Shown here: positions 39,541 through 51,909 of the stretch, piece after piece
Layout of the letters: each line of letters starts with the position of its first letter
Numbering within the stretch: position 1 is the stretch's first letter
Origin: the human T2T-CHM13v2.0 reference genome, Homo sapiens
Reading direction: 5' to 3' (one strand)
Assembly: GCF_009914755.1 (NCBI RefSeq)
Contig: NC_060938.1
DNA: 64,000 nucleotides
Notes under the pieces: generated by a model
Seen by the model: the letters and a program-made list of their open reading frames with translations, nothing else
What the model was told of the DNA's origin: nothing
The model's database searches: none
Translations under genes and position numbers: made by a program

Positions 39541-40987
39541 TAACAACATAATAAGAAACTGAAGCATGATTATATGTCTCCTAATTCATGATCCAGTGAC
39601 ATTTCTGATATACTAACATGATTTTCCTCAGTATTGCTGGATCTCTACATCATAGTGCAAATCAAATGGCTAATAAGTAATTAGAAAATTTTCCATTTCA
39701 TTTTGAAAATATTTCCCACAAATTGGTGTCTTTTGTCTTTCCTGAGTCTTTTAATGCTTTTTCTTCTTTTTTCTTTTTGTGAAATTTCATTTTCTAACTT
39801 TTTTTCTTGATTATTCAATATACTTTTGTTTTCTGGAAAGCATACTTTTTTTCTTAATTAGTATAATATTTTATCAAATATGATAATAAAATAAAAAATA
39901 TGATATTTTTAATTTTCTTGGAATTGGCTAGTGTGTTACCTTTCTATTTAAAACACATTTAATATTTACCTTAAGGCTTAATGTTAAAATAAAAATCCCT
40001 CTAGTATTGCTATAGATTTCACAACAGAAACTATAATTCACGAATAAAAATGTGGGTAATTTTTTTCCTCGAACATTTTTCTTGAGGTTTCGTACATTTC
40101 ATAAAGATTTTAAAACTTTGAGTAAAAACAATTAAACTGACTTTTTAGGATATGTGCCACATTTTTAAAAGATTTACTACCTGGATAATTACACCACCTT
40201 TTATTTAAAGACTAAGTATACTAAATATTGCTTGAAAAGATATTTATGGGAACAGATTATAAGGACAGAAAGAAAAGAAAATATTTTAAAAATAGTATTC
40301 AATGAACTTTAGATTTAACATGCAACTTAATTCTTGTAGGAGTATTTTGATTTAGTAATGAAGATCATATTGGAAGAATATTGACAAGGTGAAAGAAAAC
40401 TGTTTCTAATAAATGTACTCAAAAAAGCCATATGTACAATTAATTGTACTCTGGTGTTCACATTCTATTTTGATGTATTTTAGAACAGATTTATGCAAAT
40501 GACAGATTACATGCCTAGAGTAAAATATAATGTTACTTTATTCAAATGATGAGTTAAAATGTATATCAGGGAAATATTATTTTTTAATTTTAGATATTGG
40601 AGCCACAAAAGTTTTGAAGGGATAATAAAGGACAGCAAAGAAACGTTTATTAGAATTGTTTGATGTTTTTGATTTTTAAATTTTTACTAATTTTTATACA
40701 TTTTTATGAAAACAATAAAGATTATATTATTAGATTATATTGATTGAGCACTTAATCGCATGCTAGGATTTGTATAAAGTACTGAATATATATTTCTTCC
40801 ATTTTGAAAATCAAGCTGTAATTTACATATAGTCATATTTTGAAATACCCAATTTAGTCATTTTTTTTTTTAAACAAATGTATACAGTCTATAGCTACCA
40901 CCAAAATCAGGACACAGAAGAGGTGTATCCTTCCAAAGAGTTTCTCATGCCTCTTTTTAGTAAACCCCTCCACTTTTTTCTAGAATC

Positions 40988-41194
40988 CAGGGGTATCCAA
41001 ACTTTTGGCTTCCCTGGGCCACATTGGAACAAGAATTGTCTTGGGCCACACATCAATACACTACCACTAACAATAGTGATGAACTTAAAAAAAAATCTCA
41101 TAATGTTTTAAGAAAGTTTACGAATTTGTGTTGGGCTGCATTCAAAACCATCCTGGGCCTCATACAGCCCAGGGCCATGGGTTGGATAAGCTTG
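40988..41194. mobile_element. MER30 (hAT-Charlie MITE) inside an old antisense L1M
   Basis: CAGGGGTATCCAAACTTTTGGCTTCCCTGGGCCACATTGGAA...GGTTGGATAAGCTTG matches the recalled MER30. Confidence 0.85.
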
Positions 41195-41508
41195 CTCTGG
41201 ACTCTGCCTTTATTGATCTGTTATCTCTTCATAAAGTATGACTCTAAGAGAATTTCATGTAAATAAAATCATATATTATGTAGCTTTTTGAGTCTGAATT
41301 CTTTCTCAGATTCAGCTATATTGTCACATGTAGCAATATTCCTTTCCTTTTTGTAGAAGAATAATATTCCTTGTTTAGATTTGGATGTACCATATTTTGT
41401 TTATTCATTTCACAGTTGAGGGACATGTGACTCATTCCATTTTTTAGTAACTATTAATAAGGCCTCTATAAACATTCATGTACAGTTTTGTGTGAACGTA
41501 GGTTTTCA

Positions 41509-41907
41509 TGTCTTAGTCTGCTGAGGCTGGCATAACAAAATATCATAGCTAGGTGCTTAAAAAATAGCAATGTACTGTATATTCTCACAGTTCTGGAAGC
41601 TGAAATTACAGGATCAGAGTACCAGCATGGTTGGGTTCTAATGAGCACTCTCTGTCTGGCTTACAGAGAGCTACCCTCTTTATATGTCCTCATATGACCT
41701 TTCTTCAGTGCTTTGTGCTTGCAGAGAAAGAGAGAGAGTCTGAAAAAGAAAGATAGAGATGTCTCTTTATCTTCTTATGAGGCCATAATTCCATCATGTG
41801 GGCCTCAATATTACAACCCGAGGCCACAACTCCAAATACTATCACATTAAGGCTCAGAGCTTCAACATTTGATTGGTAGAGGAGACACAGACATTAATTT
41901 TATAATA
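41509..41907 (-). mobile_element. MLT1A-like MaLR LTR
   Basis: TGTCTTAGTCTG...TTCTCACAGTTCTGGAAGCTG...CCAAATACTATCACATT...GCTTCAACAT. Confidence 0.75.
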
Positions 41908-41974
41908 ATATCATGTGGGCAGATTTCTGGAAAAGGAATTACTGAGTCATACCATGAGTGCTATGTTTAAAGTT

Positions 41975-44590
41975 TCTTTTAACCTTTTATTTTAGATTTG
42001 GGGATACAAGACAGGTGTGTTACCTGGGTATATTTAAATGACACTGAGATTTGGAGCATGAACAATCCCATCACCCAGGTACTAAGCTTAGTACTCAATA
42101 GTTTTCAATCTTTACCCCTCCCCTTCTCTACTAGGCCCCAGTTTCTATTGCTGCCATTTTTATGTATGAGAAGAATGTATATTCTTTGATAGGTAGAGTA
42201 TTCTATTATATACTATTAGTTAAGTGTTGTGTAAAGTTCAGAACTTCTTTCTTAGCTTTCTGCTTATGATCTGTCTAACGCTTACAATGAAATGTTGGAG
42301 TTCTTCACTATTATTATGTGGCTTTCTAAGTATTTTGGTAGTTCCAAAAGTACTTAAGAATCTGGGTGCTTCAAATTTGGGTGCATATTCATTTTCAATA
42401 GTTAAGTCTTCTTGTTGAATTAAACCCTTTATCATTATGTAATGCCCTTCTGAGTCCTTTTGTACTGTTGTTCATTTAAAGTCTCTTTTCTCAAATGTAA
42501 GATGGGCAACTCCTGATCTTTTTTGTTTTCTGTTTTCACGATAGATCTTTGTCCAGCCCTTTACTTTGAGTCTACGGGTTTTCTGTCATTCTGTGTGGGA
42601 TATGTCTCTTGACAATTGTAAATGGACATTTCCTTTTTTCCCACTTGCAACTCTGTTCCTTTTAAGTGGGGCATTTAGATCTTTTACATTCAAAAGTCAT
42701 GTTAATATGTGAGGTTTTAAACCTATCATGAAGTTGTTAGCTTTTTCCTTTGTAGTTTCTATTGTGTGGTTGCTTTAAAAATTCAGTGGGCTATGTACTT
42801 GTGTGTTTTTGTGGTATCAAGTATCATTCTTTCATTTCCATGTTTAGAACCCCCTTAAGAATCTCTTATAAAGCCTGGACTGCAAATTCCCTTAGTGTTT
42901 GTTTGTCTGGAAAACCTTTTATTTCTCCTTTGCTTATGAAGCTTACTTTGGTGAGATGACAAAACTTATTTTATTTAAGAATGCTTAAAAGAGAAATAGG
43001 CCAACCATCTCTTGTGGTTTGAAAGCTTTCTGCTGAAAAGTCTGCTGTTAGTCTGATGTGGCTCTTTTTGTATGTAATCTGACCTCTTTCTCTAGCTGCC
43101 TTTAAGATTTTTTCTTTAGCATTGACCTTGGATAGTCTGGTGACTATATGCCTTGGTGATATTCATTTTGAATAGTATCTCACAGCTGTTCTCTGGATTT
43201 CTTATATCCAGATATCTACCTCTCTAGAAAGATCAGTGAAGTTTTCTTGGATTATTTCCTCAAATATGTTTTCCTGAATGTTTACTTTTTATACTTCTCT
43301 CTCAGGAATGTCAATAAGTTGTAGATTTGACCAGTTTACATAATCTTATATCTCTTAAAGACCTTGATTTTTAAGATTTTTTTCTTATTTTTCTCTCACT
43401 GGGTTAGTTCAAGAGAACAGTCTTCAAGCTCTAAAATTCTTTCTTCTGTTGGTGCCAGTCTATTGAGAAAACTTTCCATTCTATTTTAAAATGTCTTAAG
43501 TGAGTTTTTTTAATTCCAGAAGCGCTGCTTGATTTCTTTTTAAAATATTTATCTATTCCTTCATTTCCTGGATTTTTAAAATAAATTTCCTCATGTTAAT
43601 GTTCAACCTTGTCATGAATTTCATTGAACTTCCTCTCAATACTTGCTTTGAATTCTTTCTCTGTCATTTCTGAGTTTCCATTTTGGTTAGGGACCATTGC
43701 TGGAAAGCTAGTGTGTTCCTTTCATGGTGTCATACATTCAGACTTTCTATGGTGCTAGAATTTTTGCCCTGATTCCTTTTCATCTGAAGGTGCATGCACT
43801 TCTAAATTTTTGAAAACAAAATTCTTTTGTGCAGGTAGAATTTTTTTCTTTTTCTCTTTTCCCCTATAATACTTTGTGGGTTTTTTCTTGCTCTTTCTCT
43901 TTCCCTTTTCCTTCTTCCTTATGTGATAGAGAATACTGGGTAGAGTCTTTTGTCTTTGCTTCTATAGCCCTATCCACTTCTTTTGGTAGGCTTAATATTG
44001 GGCTGCGCAGTTCAACCAACAAGCCAGTAGATGGTACTTATAGGTAAGAGCCAGCTGTAGCTCATGTGGCTGGGTATATTCTTGATACTCCTTTATTCAC
44101 CAAAGGATTCTTGTTGCCTCAGGAAATGGCTGACCTATGTAAATTACAGTGGTCTGAACTCCCTGCTAGGCACTGGAGGGGTGGGGACCATAATGGGTGG
44201 GGCTGGACCTAGCATGCCCACCTACAGGTCCCCGCAATGGCAGGTACAAGCACCAGCACCAAGGGATAATCAATGGGTGGCCACCACGCATTCACAAGTA
44301 TGCCTAGGTTTGAAGCTGTGGAACCTTTTAGCTCCAAGTTCTCTGCATGGGTATTGGGGCAACCTAAACTCCTAATCTAGGAGAGTGAGTACTCCAAAAA
44401 CCTGGAGATCTGCTTGGGCATGTAGTAAAGAGGACCGTTCTGCACTAAGATTTCTTCACAGGAAGGTTTGGGCAGCTCAAACTCCTAATCTACGGTAGCA
44501 GGTACTCCAAAGGCCTGGAAATCTGCATTGATGTGGAATGGAGCCATCCCCTTTGTACCAAGATCTCTGCACAGGATAAGTAGGGGCACT
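41975..44590 (-). mobile_element. Old L1P/L1M: 3' end joined to ORF2 start, ORF1 and 5' UTR with ~113-bp tandem repeats
   Basis: ORF 42238-42435(-) MIKGLIQQEDLTI matches L1 EN; repeats AAACTCCTAATCTA...ACAGGA at 44366 and 44479. Confidence 0.8.
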
Positions 44591-44599
44591 GCTGCAATT

Positions 44600-47500
44600 T
44601 AAGCACCACCTGGCAAGATTTCTAATGTTCCGTGATACAGGCAATATTACGGACCATGTCAACAAGCAGGTCAACCTGCTAGCATTGTATCCTGGGAGAC
44701 CTGGAAGGGCTAAAACAGCAGTGCCAGTCAAAATACAGCTTAAAGACCCCAGTTAAAAATATGCAGTTAAACTGGAAGCAAGAAAGGTCCTAGCATCTGT
44801 GCTTAAGAAATTGCTTGCCCATGGTCTTCTAAAACCTTGCAATTCTCCCTGTAATGTAATACCCCCATTTAAAGCCTTCTGGCTAATACCATTTGGTACA
44901 AGATTTCAAGGCAATTAATGAGTCTGTGATCCCAATCCACCCATTAGTGACAGATCCATATACTCTTTTAACTCAAGTGCCAGGGAGCACAGAATAGTTC
45001 TCAGTCCAAAATTTAAAAAATGTTTTCTTTTCTATCCCTCTGGCCCTGGAATCTCAATAACTTTTTGCTTTTGAATGGGAAGATCCTAATAGCAGAGAAA
45101 ACCCACAATACACCTGGACAGTACTCCCTTCCTCCGGGCTGGGCTTTCAAAACAGCTCCCCACCCCCTTTTTTTTTTTTTTTTTTTTTTGGCCTGAGCCT
45201 TAGAAAGATATCTGAGGGATCTACAACTGGAAAACAGGAGTACACTCCAGTATGTAGATAACTTTTTTGTGTGTAGCCCAACCTGGGAGACATCTGATCA
45301 AGTTACGAAAAAGACCCTGAATTTCCTGGCACACAGGGGATACAAAGTGTTCAAAAAGTAGGCTCAAATCACCCTTCAACTGGTTTAATATTTGGGGTAT
45401 ATTTTGATCCCCCAGGCCTGGCAAATATCCCCAGAATGGTGCAAGATATATATGGTTTAGGAGCCCCCAGTACAAAGAAACAGCTTCAATCCTTTTGGGG
45501 AATGGCAGGGTTTTGCAGAATATGTGTTCCAAATTTGGGGTCATAGCAAAACCCCTTTATAAAGCAACAAGGGGGCCAGAAAATGAGTCAATGGAGTGGG
45601 CCCTAGAAATGAGGGGAAACTTTGCCAAGTTAAAACAGGCTCTTAACAAAGCTCCCACTCTTGGCATCCCAAACTTCATTAAGCATTTTTCCTTGTATAT
45701 AGCAGGAAAAAAAGGGCATAACTGTGGGAATACTAACCCAGAAATTGGGATCAGAACCCATACCAACCATCTACTTTTCAAAGAAATTGAACAGAGTAGC
45801 CTCACAGTGACCAAGCTGCCTGCAGGCAATAGCAGCCACTGTTATTTTAGTGGAAGAAGCCACTAAAATCACCCTGGGTCAACCACTGAAAGTGTTAACT
45901 CCACATCAGGTAAGGTCAGTCCTGGGAATAAAAGGACATATCTGAACGATGGGAGAAAGGTTAACCAAATAACAGGCTATATTCCTAGATAATCCAGAGG
46001 TTACCCTTAAAACCTGTAACACCCTGAATCCAGCTTCATTGCTGCCCACAGGCCCAGTGACTGATCACTCCTGCAGGCAGGTCATCACATACACATATGT
46101 CAGCTGACCTCATTTAAAAGATCAGCCCCTCCCAGATTCAGAGGATAACTGGTTTACAGACAGCAATAGCTTTGTGTCCAATGGAGAATGCCTGGCTGGA
46201 TATGTGGTAGTAAATTACAACATCATCATTGAGTCCCAACAACTACCCCAGGCACATCATCACAAAAAGCTAAGATCATTGCTCTCATTTGAGCCCTCAT
46301 ATTGGGAAAAAGGAAGAAGCTAAATATCTATACAAATTTCAAATATGCATTTCTCATGGCTCATAATCATGCTGCAATTCGGAAAGTAAGGCAACCACTG
46401 ACTAGCAAATGTTCCCTCATAAAGCATGGGTCTGAAATTCTACAGCTATTGGAAGCAATACACTTGCCAGAGGCTGTAGCCATGATCCACTGTAGAGGGC
46501 ATCAAAGGACTTAACCCCTACAGCACAAGGGAACAAAAAGGCTGATAAGGAAGCCAAAGCAGCAGCTTTCAGTGTGCAGTCTCAACAAATCTTACGACTG
46601 CTTCCCTTCTATGATTCCCTAATAGAACCTGAATACACATCACAGGAAAAACAGTTAATAAAGGAGCAAGGAGGTCAAAAATGAGGATTCTGATGATATA
46701 TGGGATCAAAATTATATCTCCCTCAAACAGCTCAATGAAAAGTTACAAAAACCCTGCATAACTCTTACCATATGGTGAGAGAGGCCACTCTGGGTATGGT
46801 CAACAGGCCCTTCATTGGGCCTAACTTGGCCTTGGCAGTTAAGCAGGTCTTCCAAGCCTGTTCAGTATGTGTATTCAACAATCCAGGAAGCAAAGTACCC
46901 CATCTAATATAATCAGTTCAGAGAAAGGGAACCTACCCAGGAGAAGACTGGCAACTCTACTTTCCCCATGTGCCAGCTTGCAGAGGATACAAGTTTTTGA
47001 AGTACTAATTGACACCTTTACTGGCTGGGTTAAAGCTTAACCTACCAGAAGAGAGAATGCTAATGAAGTTATGAAGGTTCTCTTAAAGGAGATAATCCCC
47101 CAGTTTGGGTAACCCCAAAGCCTCCAGAATGATAATGGCCCATCTTAAGTCTCCCAAATGACTCAAGGGACTGCTAAGACTCTTGGAATCAAATACTATT
47201 TAAATTCAGCACAGAGACCTCAATCCTCTGGGAAAGCAGAAAGTACTATTCATACTCTAAAATGGGCGTTAGGTAAGTTATGTCAGGAAACATCAGAAAC
47301 TTGGGTCAGCTTAGTGCCCATAGCCCTCTTAAGGATCTGTAATTCCCCAAGAGCAAAAAGTAATAGAGCCCCTATGAAATGTTATATGAGGCCATTTTTA
47401 ACTAATGATCTAAATACTGATCCAGAAATTGCCAGTCTAATAGAATATCTAGTTAGCTTGGGACAGTTTCGGCAGAATTTGCAAGAGTTTGGAACTCAAT

Positions 47501-47810
47501 GACTCTCCACACCGGGAAATAACAAGTAACCCAAGATCAGGCCAGGAGATAAGGTACTTGTTAAAACGTAGAAAGAGTGGTCACCTGCTCAACAACTACA
47601 ACCCAAATGGAAGGGACCCTTTTCAGTAGTGCTGGCTGTGCCTTCCACAGCCAAAGTACTACAATGAGACAGTTGGATCCATTTTTCCAGGGTTAAGCCT
47701 GCAATACCTGAAGCTCCAGACCTGAAACCCAGAGCTCCTGCCAGCTGCTATGCCTGTGAACCTGTGGAAGACCTGAAGTACCTGTTAAAAAGACAGTCAA
47801 AAGATAAGTA
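44600..47810 (+). pseudogene. ERV1 (gamma-like) pol relic: RT, RNase H, integrase
   Basis: LVQDFKAINESVIPIHPLV, LQYVDN (YVDD site, 45251-45262), WFTDSNSFV, PGEDWQL, PQSSGKAE, WKGPFSV; multiple stops. Confidence 0.9.
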
Positions 47811-49700
47811 AACGCCTACCAACTCTCTTTGGTGTCTTTGTTGCATAGTTACTGTAAGCTGGATAATAGTAGCTATTTTTATATTTCTACAGTTTAATTG
47901 CCCTCTTCCGAATGGATGGAATCACTTCCTTTGTGACAATTAAGCAAAATGTTTTCATTCATTTTTATAATGATGATTCCTGACAGTATAGATATCCACC
48001 CCCTGAAGTTCCTGTTCAAATAACAAAATAACAGAAAAGTATTTCTGGCTCTATAATGATTTGTCACAATCTGCATATACCGGCAATTAATGAATTATGA
48101 GTATTTATTAAGAACTTTTTAAATTTAACACATGGACTGTTAAATACCACCAGTCCAGCTTTGGCAAAGAACTGTTTATACTGCCATCCAATCCCAGCCT
48201 GATCTTGGGACCTTGAAAAAATGACCTATCACCCTAACTGCAAGGGGGGAACTCCTTTAAAATTAATGAACCTGGATGACTTGTATAACTTCAAAAGTAT
48301 GGAAATGACAAAGGTTACAAAACAAAAAGTAAGCCTTCTTCATTATTATCAAAGCAACCTTTCTGGGTTTGCATCCCCTCAAAACCCATTTGGGGCCCAA
48401 TATCAATGCACACAGAATTAAAATTCCAGGTGCTACTTTATAGTAAAAGAAGCCAAAATTTTGGTTAGGCCCTGAGAACCTTGAAAAGTCCTCAATACAA
48501 CTGCACTCTGGAGATTAACCCCTCACATGATCATGTGAGCTGTGCACTTACCCAGATAACCTCATTAAGAAAACCTGTACAGTTTTTATAAAAATGACCC
48601 CTAGTTGGGGGCACTTTAAAGGACACACAGACTAAATACTGTCCAGGTAGACCCACTGGCTGTATTCACATTTTTCCTTGGGAAGACTGTACTAATCCTG
48701 AGACATCTAGTTGCCTTTTGGTTCCTCAGTATGAAAAAAAAACAAAACCTCTGGGCAGTTGCTGGTGGACAATAAGTTTGACTGCCTCCACTGGAAAAGC
48801 AAGACTACTGGGGCAACTCAGGATACTTCCCAAAATGTTTGCAGCCTTTAACCAGGGCTACTTTAGTAGGAACCTTAACAACTAGGGAAAGCAGAAACAA
48901 GCTAACCCATATGTTCACCATAGAGAACAACTTCTGTCTTGAAAAAAAAGGAGACTTTTTCCTGTGTAGGACAAGTTCCTACTTATGTTTACCAGCCAAT
49001 TAGACAGGAACCTGTATTCTCATTTATTTAGCCCCTAAAATCAATATAGCTCCCAATAACCAGTCTCTCATTATACCTTTAACTGCAACCATCAGACACA
49101 AATGAACCATACAAGGAATACTCCCTTTTGGTAGGGCTAGGAATAACAGCAGGTGTAGGAATGGGCGTTAGCAGTCTTGCAACTTCCCTATCCTATTAAC
49201 AACACTTGTCTAAGGATCTTTCAGACAGCATGGAAGACAATGCTCAAAGTATTAATATCATCACCTTACAAAATTAAGTAGATTTCTTGGCAGCAGTAGC
49301 TTTACAAAATAGAAGAGGAATGGATCTCTTAGCTTTAAAAAAAAAACTGGCTTATATACTTTCCATCAACCAATCAGGATTAGTAAGGAATGCAGCCCCA
49401 AAATTAGCTGACCAGGCCTCTAAAATGCAACAACAATTGTCTGAATCATGGGGCTTCTGGACAAGGACACTAAGTTGGGCTTCATGGCTCCTTCCCTTAG
49501 CTGGCCCATTGTTAGTAATTATACTTCCATTGGTGTTTGGACCATGTTTTTAAAATCTTTTAACCAGATTTATTTATTCTCACCTAAAGACCATTAAACT
49601 CCAAATGATCATGCAGCAGAGCTACCAGCCAGTTCCAGATAATTATGTCAGGCAAAGCCATCGAGAAGTCACCCCGTCTTCACTAGAGAGAGCAGGCAAC
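47810..49700 (+). pseudogene. ERV1 env relic (SU-TM)
   Basis: Furin-like R-H-K-(stop) near 49094, fusion peptide VGLGITAGVGMG, ISD LAAVALQNRRGMDLL, TM WLLPLAGPLLVIILPLVFGPC. Confidence 0.88.
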
Positions 49701-49785
49701 ACTTCCATAGTCTACAAGAGTTCTATGGTCCCCAACTGGGCACGGCATCCCAATGAGCATGAAGCAGATACAGAAGAAACACCAT

Positions 49786-49950
49786 TAGGACAAATATACC
49801 GAATGTATGTGGGGCTTACAATGTAGATGATGGGTTGATAGGGGCAGCAAACCACCATGCAACATATATACCTATGTAACAACCCTGCACATTCTGCACA
49901 CATATCCCAGAACTTAAAGTAAAATACAAATAAATAAATAAATTTTAAAA
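49786..49950 (+). mobile_element. Short L1PA 3' tail inserted into the ERV
   Basis: TAGGACAAATATACC...CCCAGAACTTAAAGTAAAA; TSD AAGAAA[C/G]ACCAT at 49774-49785 and 49951-49962. Confidence 0.85.
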
Positions 49951-50016
49951 AAGAAAGACCATCAGTCTCTCTGCCTTCCATAAAAATTTACAGGGATCAT
50001 GTCTCTCAGGGGAAAA

Positions 50017-50436
50017 TGAGGCAAGAGAATACAATCTGGAGACAGGGAGCCTAAGACCAACTTACGTCTGACTTTTTGGAATTAAACCGATAGGAAAACA
50101 TCAGCCTCTGATTGGCCATGAACCAAGCCTCCACTTCAGCCTCTGATTGGTCATGGGCCAAGTCTTCATTTGCATAGGGTGTAACCAATTAGAGGCCTCA
50201 AAAGGGTACCTACAGGTGTTGCCAAATTCTTTTAGTCAATAAAACCCCAAGGGATACTATATTCAGAGCTCTTGAGCTGCTTGCTTGAGCCCACTCTCAC
50301 TCTGTGGAGTATACTTTCGCCTTAATAAATATTTATTTCTGTTTTCTGTTGCTTTATTTATGCATTTTGTTCAATTCTTTGTTAAATGCACTAAGAACCT
50401 GGACAACTCACAGTCAGGACTTCATATCTGGAAACA
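50017..50436 (+). mobile_element. 3' LTR, MER51-family-like
   Basis: PPT AGGGGAAAA then TGAGGCAAGAGAATA...CTGGAGACAGGGAGCCTAAG...AATAAA...GGAAACA. Confidence 0.8.
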
Positions 50437-51004
50437 GTCTTAGTAAATATGATGGTTAATATTAAGGGTCAATTTGATTGTATTGAAACACGCAGAATGA
50501 TATCCATTTCCTAAACAACCTTCCACAAGTTTTTCTGGTCAAGAGTTACCTTTCTGTTAGGTTATCAAAATTGTTAAAATTGTTAATATATACTCATCTA
50601 AATGATACTTGAAAGAGCAGTTATTTTAACTAAAATATAGCTAGATGAAATTAAAATTATTTTGATGGATTGATTTTTAATAAAATAGTTTATTTTCAAA
50701 ATCTTTTGCTTTTGAAGTTACTGAATTTGCTTTCAGATTACTTTTCAAGATTGTTTCTTCCTGTTTCATTTTCAGATTCATTGTTCCCCTAGTACTGACT
50801 CTGCCCATTGTATACAGTAGATTATGGCTGGCAAGTTTAACATTTACAGCATTGAATTCTTACATCAACTGGACATATATTATCTCTGATCACTCTGTGA
50901 TTACTAAACGTAATATTCTTTCTCCCAGATATACAGGAATAATCTCCATATAAATATATTTTAACCAAAATAATAAATTTGGACAAATTACATTGTGAAC
51001 AAAC

Positions 51005-51368
51005 TGATACAGTTTGGCTGTGCCCCCACCCAAATCTCATCTTGAATTGGAATCCCCACAATCCCCATTTGTCATGGAAGAGAACCTGTGGGAGATCATT
51101 GAATCATGGGGGTGGTTTCTCCCATGCTGTTCTCACAATAGTGAGTGAGTTCTCATGAGATCTGATGGTTTTATAAGTATGTGGCATTTGCCCTGCTGGC
51201 ACTCATTCTCTCTTGTGCTGTCCTGTGAAGAGGTGCCTTCTGCCATGATTATAAGTTTCCTGAGGCCTCTCTGGCTATGCAAAACTGTGAGTTAATTAAA
51301 CCTCTTTTATTTGTAAATTACCCAGTCTCAGGTATTTCTTTACAGCAGTGTGAGAAGGCACTAATACA
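51005..51368 (+). mobile_element. THE1/MST-type MaLR solo LTR
   Basis: TGATACAGTTTGGCTGTG...CCCAAATCTCATCTTGAATT...CTAATACA; 5-bp TSD CAAAC/CAAGC. Confidence 0.92.
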
Positions 51369-51485
51369 CAAGCCATTTCATACATACATCTACTAAATAT
51401 CCTTTTCTCTCTTTATCAATTTGTCTCAACAAATACAGCACAATTTGGACACAATAGGTATTCAGTAAAAATTATTAGCCGGCAC

Positions 51486-51909
51486 TGTATTAGTCAGTGT
51501 TCTCTAGAGGGACGGAACTAATGAGATATATACATAGATACAATCACAGGGTCCCACAATAGGCCATCTGCAAGCTGCGCAGCAAGGAATCCAGTTCAAG
51601 TCCCAAAGCTGAAGAACTTGGAGTCCGATGTTTGAGGGCAGGAAGCATCCAGCATGGGAGAAAGATGTAGGCTGGTAGGCTAAGCCAATCTAGCCTTTTC
51701 ATGTTATTTTTTTTTTCTGCCTGCTTTATATTCTGGCTTTGCTGGCAGCTGATTATATTGTGCCCATCCAGATTAAGGGTGGGTCTGCCTTTCCAAGTCC
51801 ACTGACTCAAATGTTAATCTCCTTTGGCAACACCCTCACAGACACACCCAGGAAGAATACTTTGCATCCTTCAATCCAATCAAGTTGACACACAGTATTA
51901 ACCATCACA
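51486..51909 (-). mobile_element. MLT2A1-like (HERV-L) solo LTR
   Basis: TGTATTAGTCAGTGTTCTCTAGAGGGAC...CAATCCAATCAAGTTGACA...AACCATCACA. Confidence 0.9.

Noticed and set aside
49287-49553. env TM ORF as a domesticated syncytin-like gene
   Set aside because: Only 88 aa with a non-ATG start, a stop at the furin site, no CX6CC and a disrupted SU
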